A stretch of DNA of 64,000 nt. Origin: Mytilus trossulus. Taxonomy: Eukaryota. The DNA lies in NCBI RefSeq assembly GCF_036588685.1, contig NC_086376.1, positions 20,088,001-20,152,000 on the forward strand, read 5' to 3'. Under the pieces are notes generated by a model that saw only the letters and a list, made by a program, of their open reading frames with translations, was not told where the DNA came from and did no database searches. Position numbers and translations under genes: made by a program. Shown one piece after another: positions 25,001 through 39,273 of this stretch (its first letter is position 1; every line of letters begins with the position of its first letter).

Positions 25001-27803
25001 GACATAGAGTCTGCAGTCTAAAGTTTCAAGTTGATCATCACTATATATTTCTTTTTACACCTTTTTAAAATGTAGATTTACCATGCTTTTTTTTCAAACT
25101 GAAATAAGAAATGTGGATCACCATGCTATTTTTCATGTTAAAAGTTATGCAAATTTCCCAATTTTTCACAGATTATGAGTTGCACTTCTGCTTATTATAT
25201 GAACTGAATTGTTCTGTGGGTAGGTGTTTGATGTTTTTATTTCATTTTGGGGGAAATTAAACAATTGCTGTATAGGTTTACCCTATCATGTCTTATACCC
25301 AACATAATAATTCACACATTTGTTTTGATCTTTTATATATTAAACATGCATTGATAAATATGCCTTAGGCTGTGTGTTGTACCCTTACACTGATAATAGA
25401 GATTGTCTTATTTACTTTTACTAATTAAAATAATCATTTTAGGAGTGAGAATGTCAAGTTTGTTACATCAAAACCTGTGTAAAAAGAAACAGAATACTAT
25501 AACTGGATTTATCAAACGTATGGGAACAGTCAAACAGAAACAACAGGAATACAGTGACAGTGCTATGTCTGAAGGTGAAAGTGAAAGTAAAAATGCAGAG
25601 AGCACTGTGTTTCAGGAACAAACCTTAGAAAAGTCTCATGTTTGTGTGGTCACAGAACAAAATTTGAAAAAGTCACATGTCTATTTTTCCAAAGAAGTTG
25701 AAAATGTACTCATCAAAGATGAATCCTCGGACAGTGAACAAAATGATGAGAGACCTATTGATTTTGATATAAATATGTTAAAGTGTACCAAAGAGAAAGA
25801 TTTAGACGTCATTAAAAAGAATGCCATACCTCCTAAATTAACATCTGACAGGGAAGATGATATTAAACTAAAGGAAACTAATATATTAATTCAAGGAATT
25901 AGGGAAGACATTGCAACTGTGAAACTGAATGCAAAAGAATTGAAAAATGGCATTCATGAAAGTAAAGACTTGAGTAATGGGAGCTGTGATAATCAGGAAT
26001 GTACAACTTCTACAAATACTGCATTGGACAGTTATGTTTGTCCTGTGTGTCAGGATAATATTGAATGTAAAGACCTTACAATGTTTAATCAGCACATTGA
26101 TGTCTGCTTGAACAAGAAGGTTGTAATGGATTGTACAAAGATTGCAAATGATGAGGATAAATCTTTGAAAAAATCATTATCCCCAAGAAAGAAATCTAAA
26201 TCTTTGCCAAAATCAAAACCCAAGAAAAAAACTTTACAATTTACTCCAATTTCATCATCCTTAGTGTCACAGTTTTGTAAACAAAATATTGAAAAAAGAG
26301 AGGAAGTTCCAGACGAAGAGAAAGAGTTTAAAAATTCCGAAGGAATGATTGTTGATATTGATTCTGATTCTGAAAGAGATTCAGAAAAACCTGAGTTAGG
26401 TAAAATAATAAAAACTGGAAGTATCAGACAAAAAACTAAGGGAAAACAATTAAGGAAAGACAACACTCTGTCTAACGGTGGCAGTTCTCACATAGAAACC
26501 AAAGGAGAAAATTCAGAAATATTTGACAAAGAAGTGTCAAGTCATAAATCATACACAGATCGCAGTGATGGACCATGTTTGCCTTCTGAAGATACAGACT
26601 CAATGTTATCTGTGAAAATTAGCAATTCTCAATCAACCAATGATGAGATGGAGAACTTAAATTCATCTAAATATTTGATTTGTCCAGTATGTTTTATGGA
26701 ACAGAAAGGATGTGATTTGGATATTTTCAATGAACATGTAGATACATGTTTATCTAAAGATGAGATTACTAAAGTTGTTAAAATTGAGAACAGTGCACCT
26801 TCAAAACCACAGAAAATTGACAAAAAAATCATGGTTAAATCACAAAAAAGGTATGTGTTACAGGGAGTCTATACATATAGTTTCAGGGGAGATATCATCT
26901 AAGGAGGGAAGGAATTTGAAAACAAACTTAAAAAATACTCATTATATGTGTTTGCCATTTTTAAATGAAAGGCAAATTTAAAAACTAGAATATGTCATTT
27001 TTCTTTTGCGTTGGTAACAAAGCTGTGTTTAAATTGATGTCACAATTAAATTTGGCAGAAAAAGTGATGCAACTATTTTGAAACAAATATTCTGATACAT
27101 TAATACTGTTTTCTTTAAAGAAAACCCAGCATACATACAAAATACAATAGGTACAGTATTCAACGATTTCCCTAGGTACAATTTTAGATATCTCACACCA
27201 TACATGCCATATAGGATACAAAACAGAACTTGGCATGTTTTAACCTACTGCCCTAATCACAAATATTAATATATCATTATATTATAATGAAAGGAATTTT
27301 GTGAGATGCTAATTAGTAAGTGATTCATTATAAGTTATTTCCCTTAGACTGTGAATTGTCATTGAAGAACATGACATATTTACAGCATACTAACCAATCT
27401 GCTTTTAAAAGTATCAAACTAAAGCCAAGGCATATGAAAATATTTGAAAAAAATAATAAGAATTTGAAAACTGCTTTTTAACTAAAGGTCCCCAAATTAC
27501 AAAAAAAATGCTGCTTGATTGAGACGTGTATTGCATGCCTGAAATCATTAAAACGGTAATATTTGATAATGACAATCAGTATACTTCTACAATCAATTAA
27601 ACATATAGGTATGACAAGCTGTTATACATGGAAATAAAATTCTGCCATACCAGAAAGATTGAAAGATCTTTATATTCTATTATGTTATATAATGATTCAA
27701 ATTATTTTACAGATCATTGGATTCACCGACAGGAAAACAAGGAAATAAGCGACAAAAGACCAAAACTGACATTCGAACCATTGAGTCTTTCTTTAAAATT
27801 TAA
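6971..27803 (+). CDS. POLK: DNA polymerase kappa (Y-family, DinB-like), 12 coding exons, ~1076 aa (whole-gene span)
   Basis: Exons join in phase with GT-AG sites (3231 nt total). Motifs: N-clasp [80 protein letters not shown], two UBZ4 fingers, C-terminal PIP-like IESFFK. Confidence 0.96.
7682..7873 (+). CDS. POLK: POLK coding exon 2
   Basis: [28 protein letters not shown]; ag/gt boundaries. Confidence 0.9.
8171..11330. repeat. Foldback element with palindrome and ~104-bp tandem repeats
   Basis: 32-bp-arm palindrome 8171-8248; ~8250-8700 inverted relative to ~9020-9460; repeat units at ~9460, ~11118, ~11222. Confidence 0.7.
9566..11115. mobile_element. Non-autonomous piggyBac-like element
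   Basis: TTAA|CCCTTTAACGTTC ... GAATGTTAAAGGG|TTAA interrupting a tandem repeat unit. Confidence 0.85.
12433..12551 (+). CDS. POLK: POLK coding exon 3
   Basis: [21 protein letters not shown]; ag/gt boundaries, phase consistent. Confidence 0.92.
12700..13140 (+). mobile_element. Degenerate tRNA-derived SINE
   Basis: A-box-like TGGCCAATTGG, B-box GTTCAAATCC, (AATC)n tail. Confidence 0.5.
13333..13485 (+). CDS. POLK: POLK coding exon 4 (catalytic motif I)
   Basis: [51 protein letters not shown]. Confidence 0.95.
13932..14478 (+). CDS. POLK: POLK coding exon 5
   Basis: [11 protein letters not shown]...SLDEAYLD...KTGLTASAG. Confidence 0.95.
14582..14818. mobile_element. Small MITE (CTGTGGATTCAT TIR); relative at ~7231-7423
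   Basis: CTGTGGATTCAT...ATGAATCCACAG at the ends. Confidence 0.65.
15580..15704 (+). CDS. POLK: POLK coding exon 6
   Basis: [22 protein letters not shown]...LPTRK. Confidence 0.95.
15749..16278 (+). repeat. Interspersed repeat family (inverted copies at ~17125-17180 and ~37583-37770)
   Basis: ATAAAATTGAGAATGGAAAT..GTCAAAGAGACAAC shared between copies. Confidence 0.8.
16775..16941 (+). CDS. POLK: POLK coding exon 7 (thumb/HhH)
   Basis: [23 protein letters not shown]...[10 protein letters not shown]. Confidence 0.95.
17540..17572 (+). CDS. POLK: POLK coding exon 8 (33 nt)
   Basis: tttcag|[13 protein letters not shown]|gttagt; matches the conserved RKSxSxER motif. Confidence 0.92.
18538..18997. 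repeat. 460-bp MITE-like module, copy A
   Basis: Near-identical to 20734-21193; ATGGGRCAATA inverted ends. Confidence 0.85.
20734..21193. repeat. 460-bp MITE-like module, copy B
   Basis: Near-identical to 18538-18997. Confidence 0.85.
22668..22764 (+). CDS. POLK: POLK coding exon 9 (little finger)
   Basis: [33 protein letters not shown]. Confidence 0.92.
23432..24367. mobile_element. Non-autonomous TIR element with termini related to 18077-21924
   Basis: CATTCCTGTCAAC / GTTGACAGGTATG; 7-bp TSD ACAAATG. Confidence 0.7.
24482..24653 (+). CDS. POLK: POLK coding exon 10 (little finger)
   Basis: [19 protein letters not shown]...PLRLRLMG. Confidence 0.93.
25443..26850 (+). CDS. POLK: POLK coding exon 11 (two UBZ4 zinc fingers)
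   Basis: GVRMSSL start; CPVC...FNQHIDVCL and CPVC...FNEHVDTCL. Confidence 0.92.
27713..27803 (+). CDS. POLK: POLK last coding exon (basic NLS-like stretch + PIP-box)
   Basis: ttttacag|[30 protein letters not shown]; phase fits. Confidence 0.88.
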
Positions 27804-30800
27804 ACATTCCATTTATATATTGCATCGTAACTATTCATGATATAACGTTTATAAAACAAATATATTTTTACAAAAATAGTAAATGTATACAGTAAAAAAA
27901 AAATCAAGGATATTTGTCTTTTCCTGTCAGAACTTTCCTCTATGAAAAGACTGGTGTTCTTTAATATAAACAGGATCAACAAATACTGGGATATATCAGT
28001 CAGGGGTGCTACTTAAACATGTGATTTCATAATCACCTATTTCAGTGATTTTTTGGGATACGATTGCTGTCAAGCAATCTGTAGACTTTTACCGTTGACC
28101 CTATGATACACTCCCTCACGTCATTCGTTTTATTGGAAAATGACGCAGTCATTGTTCCATAACTGCCGACCTGATTTCTCTGCCTACCGCGCTTGGTTTC
28201 GTATTTACTAATTTCAATACAAACTGGAATGTGCTTGTGTTATCATTATGCATGAGCATTGTGTAGTAATCAGCCAGGAACCAGTTTACAAACTAACTGG
28301 TTTCTGTTTGTATTCCACTACAGTCGAACAAAGTGTTGTAGTTTGACAGGAACCAGTCCAGAATTGTGTAAACTACAAAACGTAATCGGTTATTATCATT
28401 CCGTTTTGTTGTTTCATACCGACTTATATGGTTTGAATAAGCTTAAGACCCTTCAAACATTAATGTGATAGGTATATTAAAGACTGTTTTACAAAAGGAT
28501 GAAACTGTTTTGCTTTAAAAGTCGTACTAAAGTGATATATGTTATGTACGGATTTCCACTCTCACCGGTTAATTTCTTCTTTTACACGTGCTTTTGAAAC
28601 TTCCTGTTTAAACATCGCAAGTTTTAAAATTGTTTTTTGAGTGAATTAAACTTATTTTAACAATCACGAAGCGTTCGGGAATCATTTCAAGCAGTTTCTT
28701 CTTCTCTTTGATGAAGGAAAATAGGTTTTCTCAAGAAAATACCGCAAACGATCGCAGAGGAATTGAAACGTACAAGTCAAGTCGGCACCTGGTTAAATTG
28801 GCATCTAGTCAAATCGGCACCTATTTGACGTCAATTCGGCTTCCAATAATATTTATTATAATATTTTCTATTCAATTAATTAATAACTGTTACCAAGTAC
28901 ATAGTGAATATTAGGTAAACAACGAAACCAAAGTGAATATGTTGTTGTGTATAAAAGTAAACAACGAAGCTATTGTTTTAACCATTAGACAATTATTAAA
29001 ATTAAATGGAAAACTATGAGTCCCTTTCAATAAATCAAACTTTCATGCCAAATAATTATCAAATTTAAGGTGGTTTTTTTTTCAGTAATGTTTAAACAGC
29101 ATTAAACAAACAATCCTGTAAAAGACTCAACTGGTTAAATAATGCATAAAAATATCCAATATCTCATGTATTAGTCCAAATAATAATGACGTCTGACAAG
29201 GCTATTTTATTTTTTTCTGGGACGCCTTCCTAAGACGTTCGTAGGAAGGCTACCTAAGAAGGCGTCCCAGAAAAAAATTAACATAGCCTTGTGATCATAG
29301 GAAGGTGTCCCAGAATAAAATTTAAAAAGCCTTGCCAGACGTAATAATTATTTGGACTACTCATATATATCATTAAATATACACCAAAAAATTCATGTAG
29401 TTGAGAAAAATAAATACATACAAAATGTACATGAACATCCAAAAAAGTGAAAGTTAGTATTAACTCTTTTTGCTTTAAAAATTTACAACTGCATTTAAGT
29501 ATTGTATGCTTTTTTTTTGTTAATTCATTGAGGTGTAAAAGCGTTGACCGAAGTACTTTTTGTATGAAGCGTGTAAGCGCTTCATTCTAAAAATGTGCAC
29601 ACGGTCAACGCTTTTGCAACCCTATGAGGTTACAAAAAGAAACATTCAATACTTATAATTACTTTTTTTAGCTAGGATCATGAAAACACGAATTTTATAA
29701 CTTTTTTATTCAATTCATCTGTGCACTTTATTGTGGGACCACGTGTTATCATGAATGAAGAGTTTTATTGAGTGATGCAATTGCTTGAGGAATAACATGT
29801 GATGTGCAGTTAGCCAATCAGAATAAAGTATTATAATGAAACATATATCAAATGTAATTATAACAAAATATATTACGTTGTAAGAGTTATCTCCCCAAAC
29901 ACTGTTTTTCTTGTGGCCACCTCTCCTTCGTAACAGTAAAAGATTTTATTTTACCAAATTGCTCGTTACATATTTAGGATAAGAATATTCGTTTGAACCA
30001 TAGCTCTATGGGGACTCCATATGAGAGTTATTCCCCCTTTTTCATTTGATTCAAGCGATATGCATTTTCAACTGGTAAACCATAACTGATAGAGACCTAG
30101 GGTCTTCATGAGGTCATTGGTACTAAAAATGAAAATGAGGTCAATGTCAAAGGTCAAGGTCATATTATAAATTTTGATTTTGGCTTATTTTCACTTCTTT
30201 TCAAATACTGTATGACATTTTGACAAATAATTTTTCATAAATTATTAGTTGCGACATGTCCTTACTTGTATATTTGGGTTGAAAGGCTGCGCATACAATA
30301 AAAGGGAGTTTTTGTCCATCTTACATTTAAAATTACGCGTCAAGTGGTAGTACTCATTAACCAAACATATTAAAGACCTAGGATATTTTGATTCAAGGTC
30401 CATGGTTTGTGACCTTGAAATTGAGGTCAAGGTCAGAGGTTAATAGGACGTCATAAAGCCATAGGAACTAACATTTTAAACTGATTTTTCATATTTCAAT
30501 ATAAAAATAGATCTTTTCTAGTGGAAAGACTTCAATTGTTCTCTGAACAATTTGTTTTTAATTTACTTCATATTTTGTGGGAGAAGGGGGTTCAGACTAT
30601 GTGGTATCAGTTCTGTTTGCGGCCAATACACTTTCGCACCTCGCACGTTCACACCCAAGGTCCGTTCGCACTCTCAAATTCGCGCCCAATTTTAATTCAA
30701 ATTCAAGTTGAATAATTGGAAAATCATGATTGTTGTTTTAAATTGCTTTGGTGTAAATTCTGAATGTATTTATAGTATGGTATGAGTAAAACATTGAAGA

Positions 30801-33800
30801 TTTTAAAGGAAAAACACAAAAGATAATTGTTTTTAAGCCCTTTGATCTGAAACAACGAAACAATAAAATATAGGAATCAAAATATAGCAATCCACTATTA
30901 TAACCAAAACATGATAAAATTTATTCAACACACAGAAAAATAAATAGTCAGAATCTCACTTCATTATGAAAGAGGTCAATGAAACAAAGTATAGCAATAC
31001 ACTAACCAAAACATGATTAAGAGTTATTCAACGCTAAATAAAACGTTGACAAAATACCACTTTATTTAGAAAGGATTGTTATTATCTTTAACAATACGCT
31101 ATCCAAAACATGATTAAGATTTATTCAACACAAAAAAAAAATGCTGTCTCACTTTATTTTGAGACAATGACAACAATTATACTTATAAGAAAACACTTGC
31201 TTACAGAGTTATTAAACACAAAACCAATTAAGATTAGTTGCGAACATGTAGGGTGTGAAAGTGAAAGGGGGCGAACATGAGTTGGCGCAAACGTGAATGG
31301 GCGCGAACGGACCCGGATTCAGCCTATGTACCAGTGAGAAATATAGAAGCCTTTCTACGGTATTTATTTGTACAATTCAGGTAGTCTTGACCTATTCATT
31401 TGTCTTAAAAAAAAACCAGCCAGTTGGCACCTTCACTTCACACACACACATATACGAATATCAATTATATGCTTACGAGACATGTTGCATTGTTAAACTA
31501 ATTACGGTATGTGAAAATCAAGGCTTGCATAAAAACTATCCCAATATTAGAGACAGTGGCGTCATTTTTCTTCCGAGCTTTCAGCTCTTTGATTCTAAAC
31601 ATTCAGCAACATCTCAGATTCTTATGATTGTCTTGCTTTAAAAGGTAAAAACAAGCAAAACAATTGAACATAAACAACTTTCCTGTAATGTTTTACTCAT
31701 AATCTTCATGTGTGATATTTTCCTTGACTTATATGCGTGTTTGTAACAATACGGAAAATCAGAATTAAACAGTATTTATATTTAGTATTTTTATAAATTT
31801 AGAAACACGTCAGAGGGAATTCCCAAATTTTGATAACTTGCGAGAGTTCTCTGAAAGCCGATCGATAATTCTATTTCTGTCACAAGAACTGAAGAGGAGT
31901 ATTTCTATATTTTACCGTTAAGAAACTGATATTTGATACTGTACTCTCATAAAGAAATGCAGAACCATTCATCATATCATTTAATAAACGTTCTTGTTCC
32001 AAATCGCAAGTCGCGGATTGTTTATGTATTAATGCCCATGCGTGGTCTCACTAATTAGAGACAAAAAGAATTGTAGAGACAAAAAGCGTCAAGAAGCGAC
32101 AAGAAGAATAATATTAGCAACAAGAAACTATTTAGCGACAAGAAAACATTTTTTTATTTATATTACTTATTCGCATAAATATTAAAAACATATGCAAAAG
32201 AAAACAATTTCAACGACAGGAAAGTTGATTTTGATAGGGGAAAAAATGAAATTCAGTTGCTACATTTATTTACATGATATTTTATAAGGTATCACAGGAA
32301 GTATTACCTTTACCCAGTCGTTTTATGGTATTACTTTTACTTGTGTTTTAGAACAATAATATATTTTGTCTTTTTATTTGTTTTTAAAACTATTTTTGTA
32401 CAATATATACTTAACTTGCAAAATGCATTATTTGTGCATAATTGTCCAGAAAATACACACACAAATAGTGAAATACAAATTAAGAACTGAAATCAATCAA
32501 GAGGAAAAACCCTCTATTGAAAAACGCGCTAATGCAAGCTCAGTCCTTCTTGCCTTGGGCCAGTTTTAAACACATAATTAAGCATCCTTGAAATCACAAT
32601 ATGTTGTGATTTCAAGGATGCCTTTTTTTTTGTCTGAGCTGTTGTTACGGTAAACCGTGCGGACCTTCTTTTAATGTTACTTGATCAAATACGGTTACGT
32701 ATTGCGGTTACGGTAAACACATGTTAACGTTTGGTCTACATTCCTTCTTTAGGAATGGTACTTCTTGTTTTATCAATGAGACACTGCTAAGTGATTAAGA
32801 CTATTTGTTAGTCTAGTTTACCGTACCACCAAACAATCCTTTAACATTTCAGTTTCCCGTTTCTTTGTATTAAATGTTTGAGAAACAAGATAAGGATATT
32901 GATAGGTAAAGATTTCAGGGTTTCTGTCCATTGATATCGAAACATATCAGCCGCGAGCCAGAGAGTTTCACCTTGTGTCGAGCGACTGAACACCCAAAAT
33001 CTCTTATTTGTTCTTTCACTATGTTTGTGCTAGACAAACGTAGGCCTGACAACGTCTTGTGACGTCGCTGATAACTTCTCAAACACTATGACGTTGCTGA
33101 TATTATCTGCTCAGAGCAAAGACATTTCTAGGTAAACTAATTGTATGAGGGTACGGTAAACAAAGATGCAATACCAAAATAAAAGGACCCAGTATTATAC
33201 TTTATAGTCCAGTTTACCGTATCAGCATACATTTTTTTTTGTCTTCTGTGGAATTCATTTCTAATCCGAAACTCATTGAATAAATTGGAAGCAAATATCC
33301 CCTTGAACATTCAGACAGTGATTTAATTTCGTTTAGTTTGTTGTGGTTAACCTTCAGCGTGCGAAGAAACGGTAAACTGCAGAGTATACTTATACTAGTT
33401 GAGCTACGGTAAACCTTTAATAGAATTTTTATGGTTACGGTAAACATTGCAGTCACAAGCTATGGAAAAGTTTATGGTAACGGTAAACATATAAGAAAAA
33501 TGACTTAGAAATGTTAACCGTTTGCAAGAGTAGGTACCATTAATGAAAAGGGGAGCTATTTCCAAAAATGTACTATTTAATTATGTAAGGAAGCATTTAT
33601 TAAGACTTGTCTCCCCTTGAACATCAAGACATGGAAGAGGCCATATAGGCCGATTTACTATATAAGGCTTGCATTTCACTATTTGGGATCTTTATCACAT
33701 CACATCCACGCCAGTTTAAAATGGATTTTTTAATGAACAGTGGACTCTCAAATGTTGTAGCTCTTACTGAAGAAGTTTTCTCTGCCTCTAGCGAAATATT

Positions 33801-33943
33801 CGGTAAAGTTGCAATAAAGAAAGTCATCAAAACCTCAACTGAGTTTGAAGCTTTTCTCAGCCTCAAACACGAAAACATCGTCGAAGCCATTGAAATCATC
33901 GAAGCCGAAGAATTTGCCTTCGTTTTGATGGAATTTGCTGAAT

Positions 33944-36900
33944 GGGCTATTCCAGAAATAATCCATACCCCCCCTATAGAAGGTACATGTGGTTTGGAAA
34001 AAAATCCATGGAAAATTTTTGATGTGGTTCAGAAAAAAATCTGGAATTCCATGTCAGTCCTATAGAAGGCAAATAGATAAATAAAAATATTCCATGGAAA
34101 ATTATGATCTTGTTATTAAAAAATTTCTGGAAATCCAGAGCCATCCTATAGAAGGCAACTATAAAAGTTTAAAAATTCCATGGAAAATCTGGATTTTGTC
34201 ACTTTCAGTAAAATCTAATTTTTGAGCTTGTATGTATATCTGTAGTTCATTAGGTAATAATAAAGTCCAATATGTATCTTTACAAACAATGTATCAGTAT
34301 GTGGTATAGCTTTTTGCACATTGTTGAAGGCTGTATGATATTCTTAAGTTGTTAAAATATATCTTTTGATCTCTGTTGGGGAGTTAGTCCAAATAATTTT
34401 GATGTCTAGGAGAGCTATTTTAAGTTTTTGCTTTGACGCCTCCCCACACATCAAAGTAAGATCAAAAGAAGTGAAAATTGAAAAATACCCACAGGAGACG
34501 GCATGATTATCTGGACCTATAGTGAAGAGTTGTCTTATTGGCAATTTGGAAATGATACCACCTTTTATTATTTTCATACTACATCCATACATGTTGTAAG
34601 CCAGAGTTACCAGTACTGAACTTCAGTCTGAGATTTGTAAATTTGAAATCGTTTGCAAAAGGACCTAAAAAGAAGTGAAATGTGAACATTTGTTATGTAC
34701 GTGTACCTCAGATACTAACATAACATTCAGGGGATAAACATGTAGATGTTGATAGTGATAATACTTCAAAGAGATGCCTACTTCCAACACCACATGACAT
34801 GTTTGATAGTTTATTGGGGCATTTCTTAAGTACTTATTGGAGAGATAATAAATATTTTCCCATCTTTTCTTTTACCATGGAAGTTTAATAGATCTTCAAG
34901 TGAATTTAAATTGATATGAATACTGTCATTACTGTGTATTTTATAATTCATTCATGACAAAAATAATAATTTTAATAATTCTTTATTGAAAAGCACTTTA
35001 TGCCCATATGGACCAATGGCTTAAAACATTATACAGTTTACATAAAACAATGAAAATAAACAATGGAGACACTTTGAACTATAATTTGTCTTTTTTCAAA
35101 TCAATATATATATATATATAAGAGATTCAAATTATATCAAGGACTCCCTGCCCTCAGTCTTAGTGACTTTTTTTTTTAAAAAGGAGCCTAATTTGCAAGT
35201 GTCCTGTTTTGTTTCAGGATTGAGGATATGTTTTAATTTATCTAAATAATATTTTTTTTTTATCAACATGATAAATGGTTCTAACATCCAAATTTCACTT
35301 ATAATACTTAAAATTTTCATGTTTTATGGGTTTTTTTTATCATAAAGGAGTCATAATTCAATGCAGCTATAAGGGTAATGATAAAAAAACAACCATACTC
35401 AGTGGCGGGTCCAAATATTTTCATAAGTGGGGGTCCACTGACTGCCTAAGAAGGGACCCGCTCCAGTCACGCTTCAGTGATTCCCTTTATAAGCAAACAA
35501 TATTTTCCCAAAAGGGGGAGGGCATTGCCCCCTGCCCCCCCTAAATCCGCCTCTGATACCAAGAAATGAAGAATCAAAAGAAATGACATAGTAAATATAC
35601 TGGATGTTAAATATCAAATCAAGATTTTTGCAACTATTTACAAGTCAGTGTTTAAAAAAAATAACATAGTTCATTATCTGGATTTACAGGGTTTTATTTA
35701 TGTTCTCTACAAGATGTTTGTATTGAAATTTGTGAGAAACCACACACCAGGACACTGCAGGACCTACTGCTTTTCTTAGTTGTTGAGGTTGAAGATTATT
35801 TTATCTAGCCATTCAGTTGACTAACAATCAGTAGTACAAGCTTGATGAAATCCCACTGTGACCACATGGCCATTTCTGTGGATTTTAATTAATTATAAAA
35901 TGATATATATACTACATGTAATTATTTGAACTACATGTTATAAGACAAATGAGATTAAAACTAGGAATTATGTATCCACAATCCCTTGCTCTGCAAAAAT
36001 AAATATTAAGTCTCAGTTTTAAAATTATAAAAGTTTATTTGTTTATTAATATTAAAGTTGTTTCATTTATTTATCAATTATTATTATACATTGACTCTAT
36101 ATTGTCATTTGATGATCATTACAAATTGTTGAAGTGGATTAACATGATAACATCTATTATTTGAATATGTTTTGATTATAAACATAATGTATCATCTTTC
36201 ATTTCCATTATAACTTTTTTCAACTTTAAACATGTAAAAAATAAAAATGTCATTATTATACAAATTTAGAATTTAACAATTGTTTAAAAGTTTTGAAATT
36301 TTCTTTAATTTCATGATGTTTTAAAATGTAAAGAAATACAGGGATTTGGAAACAATAAGAATTTGTATAAATACGTTACCCAATGAAGGAGTGTTATGTC
36401 TAGATTTGGTGACTAGTTGCAGGCGACAAATAGCAAATCATAAAACTATGTACAGGAAATATTAAAAATGTCAAATTTTGGTTAGAGCAAGAACTTTATA
36501 TGAGATTAGAGACACATTTGTAATGAATTGTGAACTACTTTATATTTTTTTAAAACTTGTGTTGAATTTTTGATGGTTCATTTATATTTGGAGAAAACTT
36601 TTTCAAAGTGTGGCAGTGATACAAGAACATTAAATTTGATAACTTCTCAAATTTCATTCCAGTATACAATTTTATTTTAGAAATTCAGCCATTTCTTATG
36701 CAAATTTATATTGAACATTTTATAATATAGATATAAAGACAAAATACAAACTAAACACAAATTTTATTTTTCGAAAAAAAAAAGGAAAAAAAAAGGGGGG
36801 ATGTCTGGAGCTTATTAAATTCAAACCTCAGAAGATTTTGCCACTAGCTGATTTTGATATGAATGTATTTATGTGGAACAATACTTTTACACTATGTAGA

Positions 36901-39132
36901 ACACATGTGGTCATTTCTGGTCAGTCATCTAAGATCTATTGTGGTAATCGGAAGATTTCATGCAGTGATGACAAATAAACAAGTGTTTGAAATTAATGAT
37001 TTGTCAATAAGACGTTAATTGGTTATTGATACTGAAGGAACTCAAAATCTGGTGTTTATCATGTTTATAGCTTGAAAATCAGAGCAGATAGCATTTTATC
37101 CTAACAATAGATATTAGAAAAATGATAAGTTCAATGTCATTATAGGCACCAATAATGATTTAAATCATCGTTATAAATATGATAGTGAATTCACAATAAA
37201 ACTATAAGAAGAAAAAAATATCTCCTTACTTTAAGCCAATGTAAAACATTTGGTCATAATGGAATTATTTTGAGATGTAAATACCTTTTCAATTTTTAAA
37301 AGGCTTTGTTTCATTCTTGGAAAAGTTTTCTTTTTCTTTTATGAAGTCAAGTTTACATGTACAAGTATGTAAATTTGCATTTCAAATATCTGAATTGAGA
37401 ACTATCATGTTTAAGAATTGATTTTCAAAATATGTTTACCTACCCTGATATACACTATCTTTTTCGGGTAATTTATACTGATAGCGTTTGACATTTTCAG
37501 CTGAACAAATTTATCAATTTTACATAACTTAAATTATTGTATGCTGGTTCATATTCTGGACGCCAATCTTTGCTCCTTTTTGGAAATTAGTATGGCGTTC
37601 ATTATCACTGAACTAGTATATATTTGTTTAGGGGCCAGCTGAAGGACGCCTCCGGGTGCCGGAATTTCTCGCTACATTGAAGACCTGTTGGTGACCTTCT
37701 GCTGTTGTTTTTTTATTTGGTCGGTGTGTTGTCTCTTTGACCCATTCCCCATTTCCATTCTCAATTTTATTAGAAAAATATATCAAACTTGATGATTTCT
37801 TTTTTTGTGATTCCAGTACACAAACAAAAATAATTAAAAGAAATGAAAATTTGTAAAAAAAATCAATTAATATTGTCATTTATGCCTTATTTATTCATAT
37901 ATCTCAACTGTGTTTGTAATATGCTTTAAATTACACTAAAATAGAAAACAAACTATCCAACTTTAGAATTCCCTTGTAAATGGTGTAGTAACAGTTTGTA
38001 ACGTGATCAAAACAGCAGACAGCTTGTGTTGCATTCCCAAATAGCAATAAGGTTTATTGACTGTTAAAGATGAGAAATAATCATTAATACCGTTTAAGAT
38101 GATATAAGCATACAAAAACACAAGCTCTTTAAGTTATGATCTTTTAAGTCAACCCCTCAACTTTAAAACAATGTCATGAATGAGTTGGTGTAAACAAGAA
38201 GATGTGGTAAGAGTATCAATGAGACTACTCACAACCCAAATCACAGCGTATACAAAGTTAACAATCATAGATCAAAAACATGGAGCCTTGGCTCACACCA
38301 AACAACAAGTTATAAAGGGCCCTAAAAATAACTGAAAACCCAACTGTTGAATCAATATGAAAAAACAGAAACCAGAAACACCTATGGACATGTTACTACA
38401 CCAACAAATGACAACCATTTAACAATGGCATCTGATCAAGGACAGGTGCATACAAAAAATGCAGCATTTTAAACATAATATAACAGGAGCCAATCTTCAC
38501 CTCCACTTGAGACTGTAATGTAACATTACATTATAAAAAGACCCACTATAAATTATCAATTGAAATGGATGAACTTGATCACAAAGAAATTTTAACAAGA
38601 ACTAGTATTAAGCATACAGCTGCCATTTATGCATACACTGAATGAATGCCAGTTTGATTTAATCATCTACATGTGAGCTGCGGAACCTTAGCTCTTAGGT
38701 CCTTATGTTATTTATCATTTGACCATAGATCTGCAAATAGTCAAGAAATAACATAAGGATCTAAGAGCTACGGTTCCTCAACTATCTACATGTATGACAC
38801 AATAATCAATATAAACAATATTAAAACTTATATGTTTCATGTAAATATTTAGTTGGAAAATTTCTGTTGGAAGTTAAATTTGCCTGGAAATTTTCTTTTG
38901 GAAGTTAAATTTGCCTGGAAATATTTAATTGAACCAGATATTTTCTTGGAAGTTTTAGTATTATTCTCATTTTTTTCCTGGAATAATTCTTACAAATTGT
39001 TGAAAAATTCTGGAAATTATTGCCAACTAAGAGAATATTTTCTGGAAAATCTGATATTTTTACAGATTTTTTATCTGGAATTCCTAAACCTTCTATAGGG
39101 GGGGGGGGTATGGATTATTTCTGGAATAGCCC
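33944..39132. mobile_element. 5.2-kb non-autonomous TIR transposon, PIF/Harbinger (PHIS)-like
   Basis: TIR GGGCTATTCCAGAAATAATCCATACCCCCCC-TATAGAAGG and inverse; 3-bp AAT TSD, verified against the empty site in sister units; subterminal TGGAA repeats. Confidence 0.88.
38671..38783. mobile_element. Palindromic mini-MITE inside the 5.2-kb element
   Basis: Inverted arms GGAACC.TAGCTCTTAG.TCCTTATGTTATTT; ATCTACATGT on both sides. Confidence 0.65.
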
Positions 39133-39273
39133 AATTCGGAGATGTTTTTGAATACATAATGAACAACGGTCTCATGTCCGTTGAAGCCACCCTCTCTCTT
39201 TTCTCTCAGGTTGTCAAAGCAATCGAATACTGCCACTCAATTGGAATCGCCCACAATGACATTAAATTAGAAA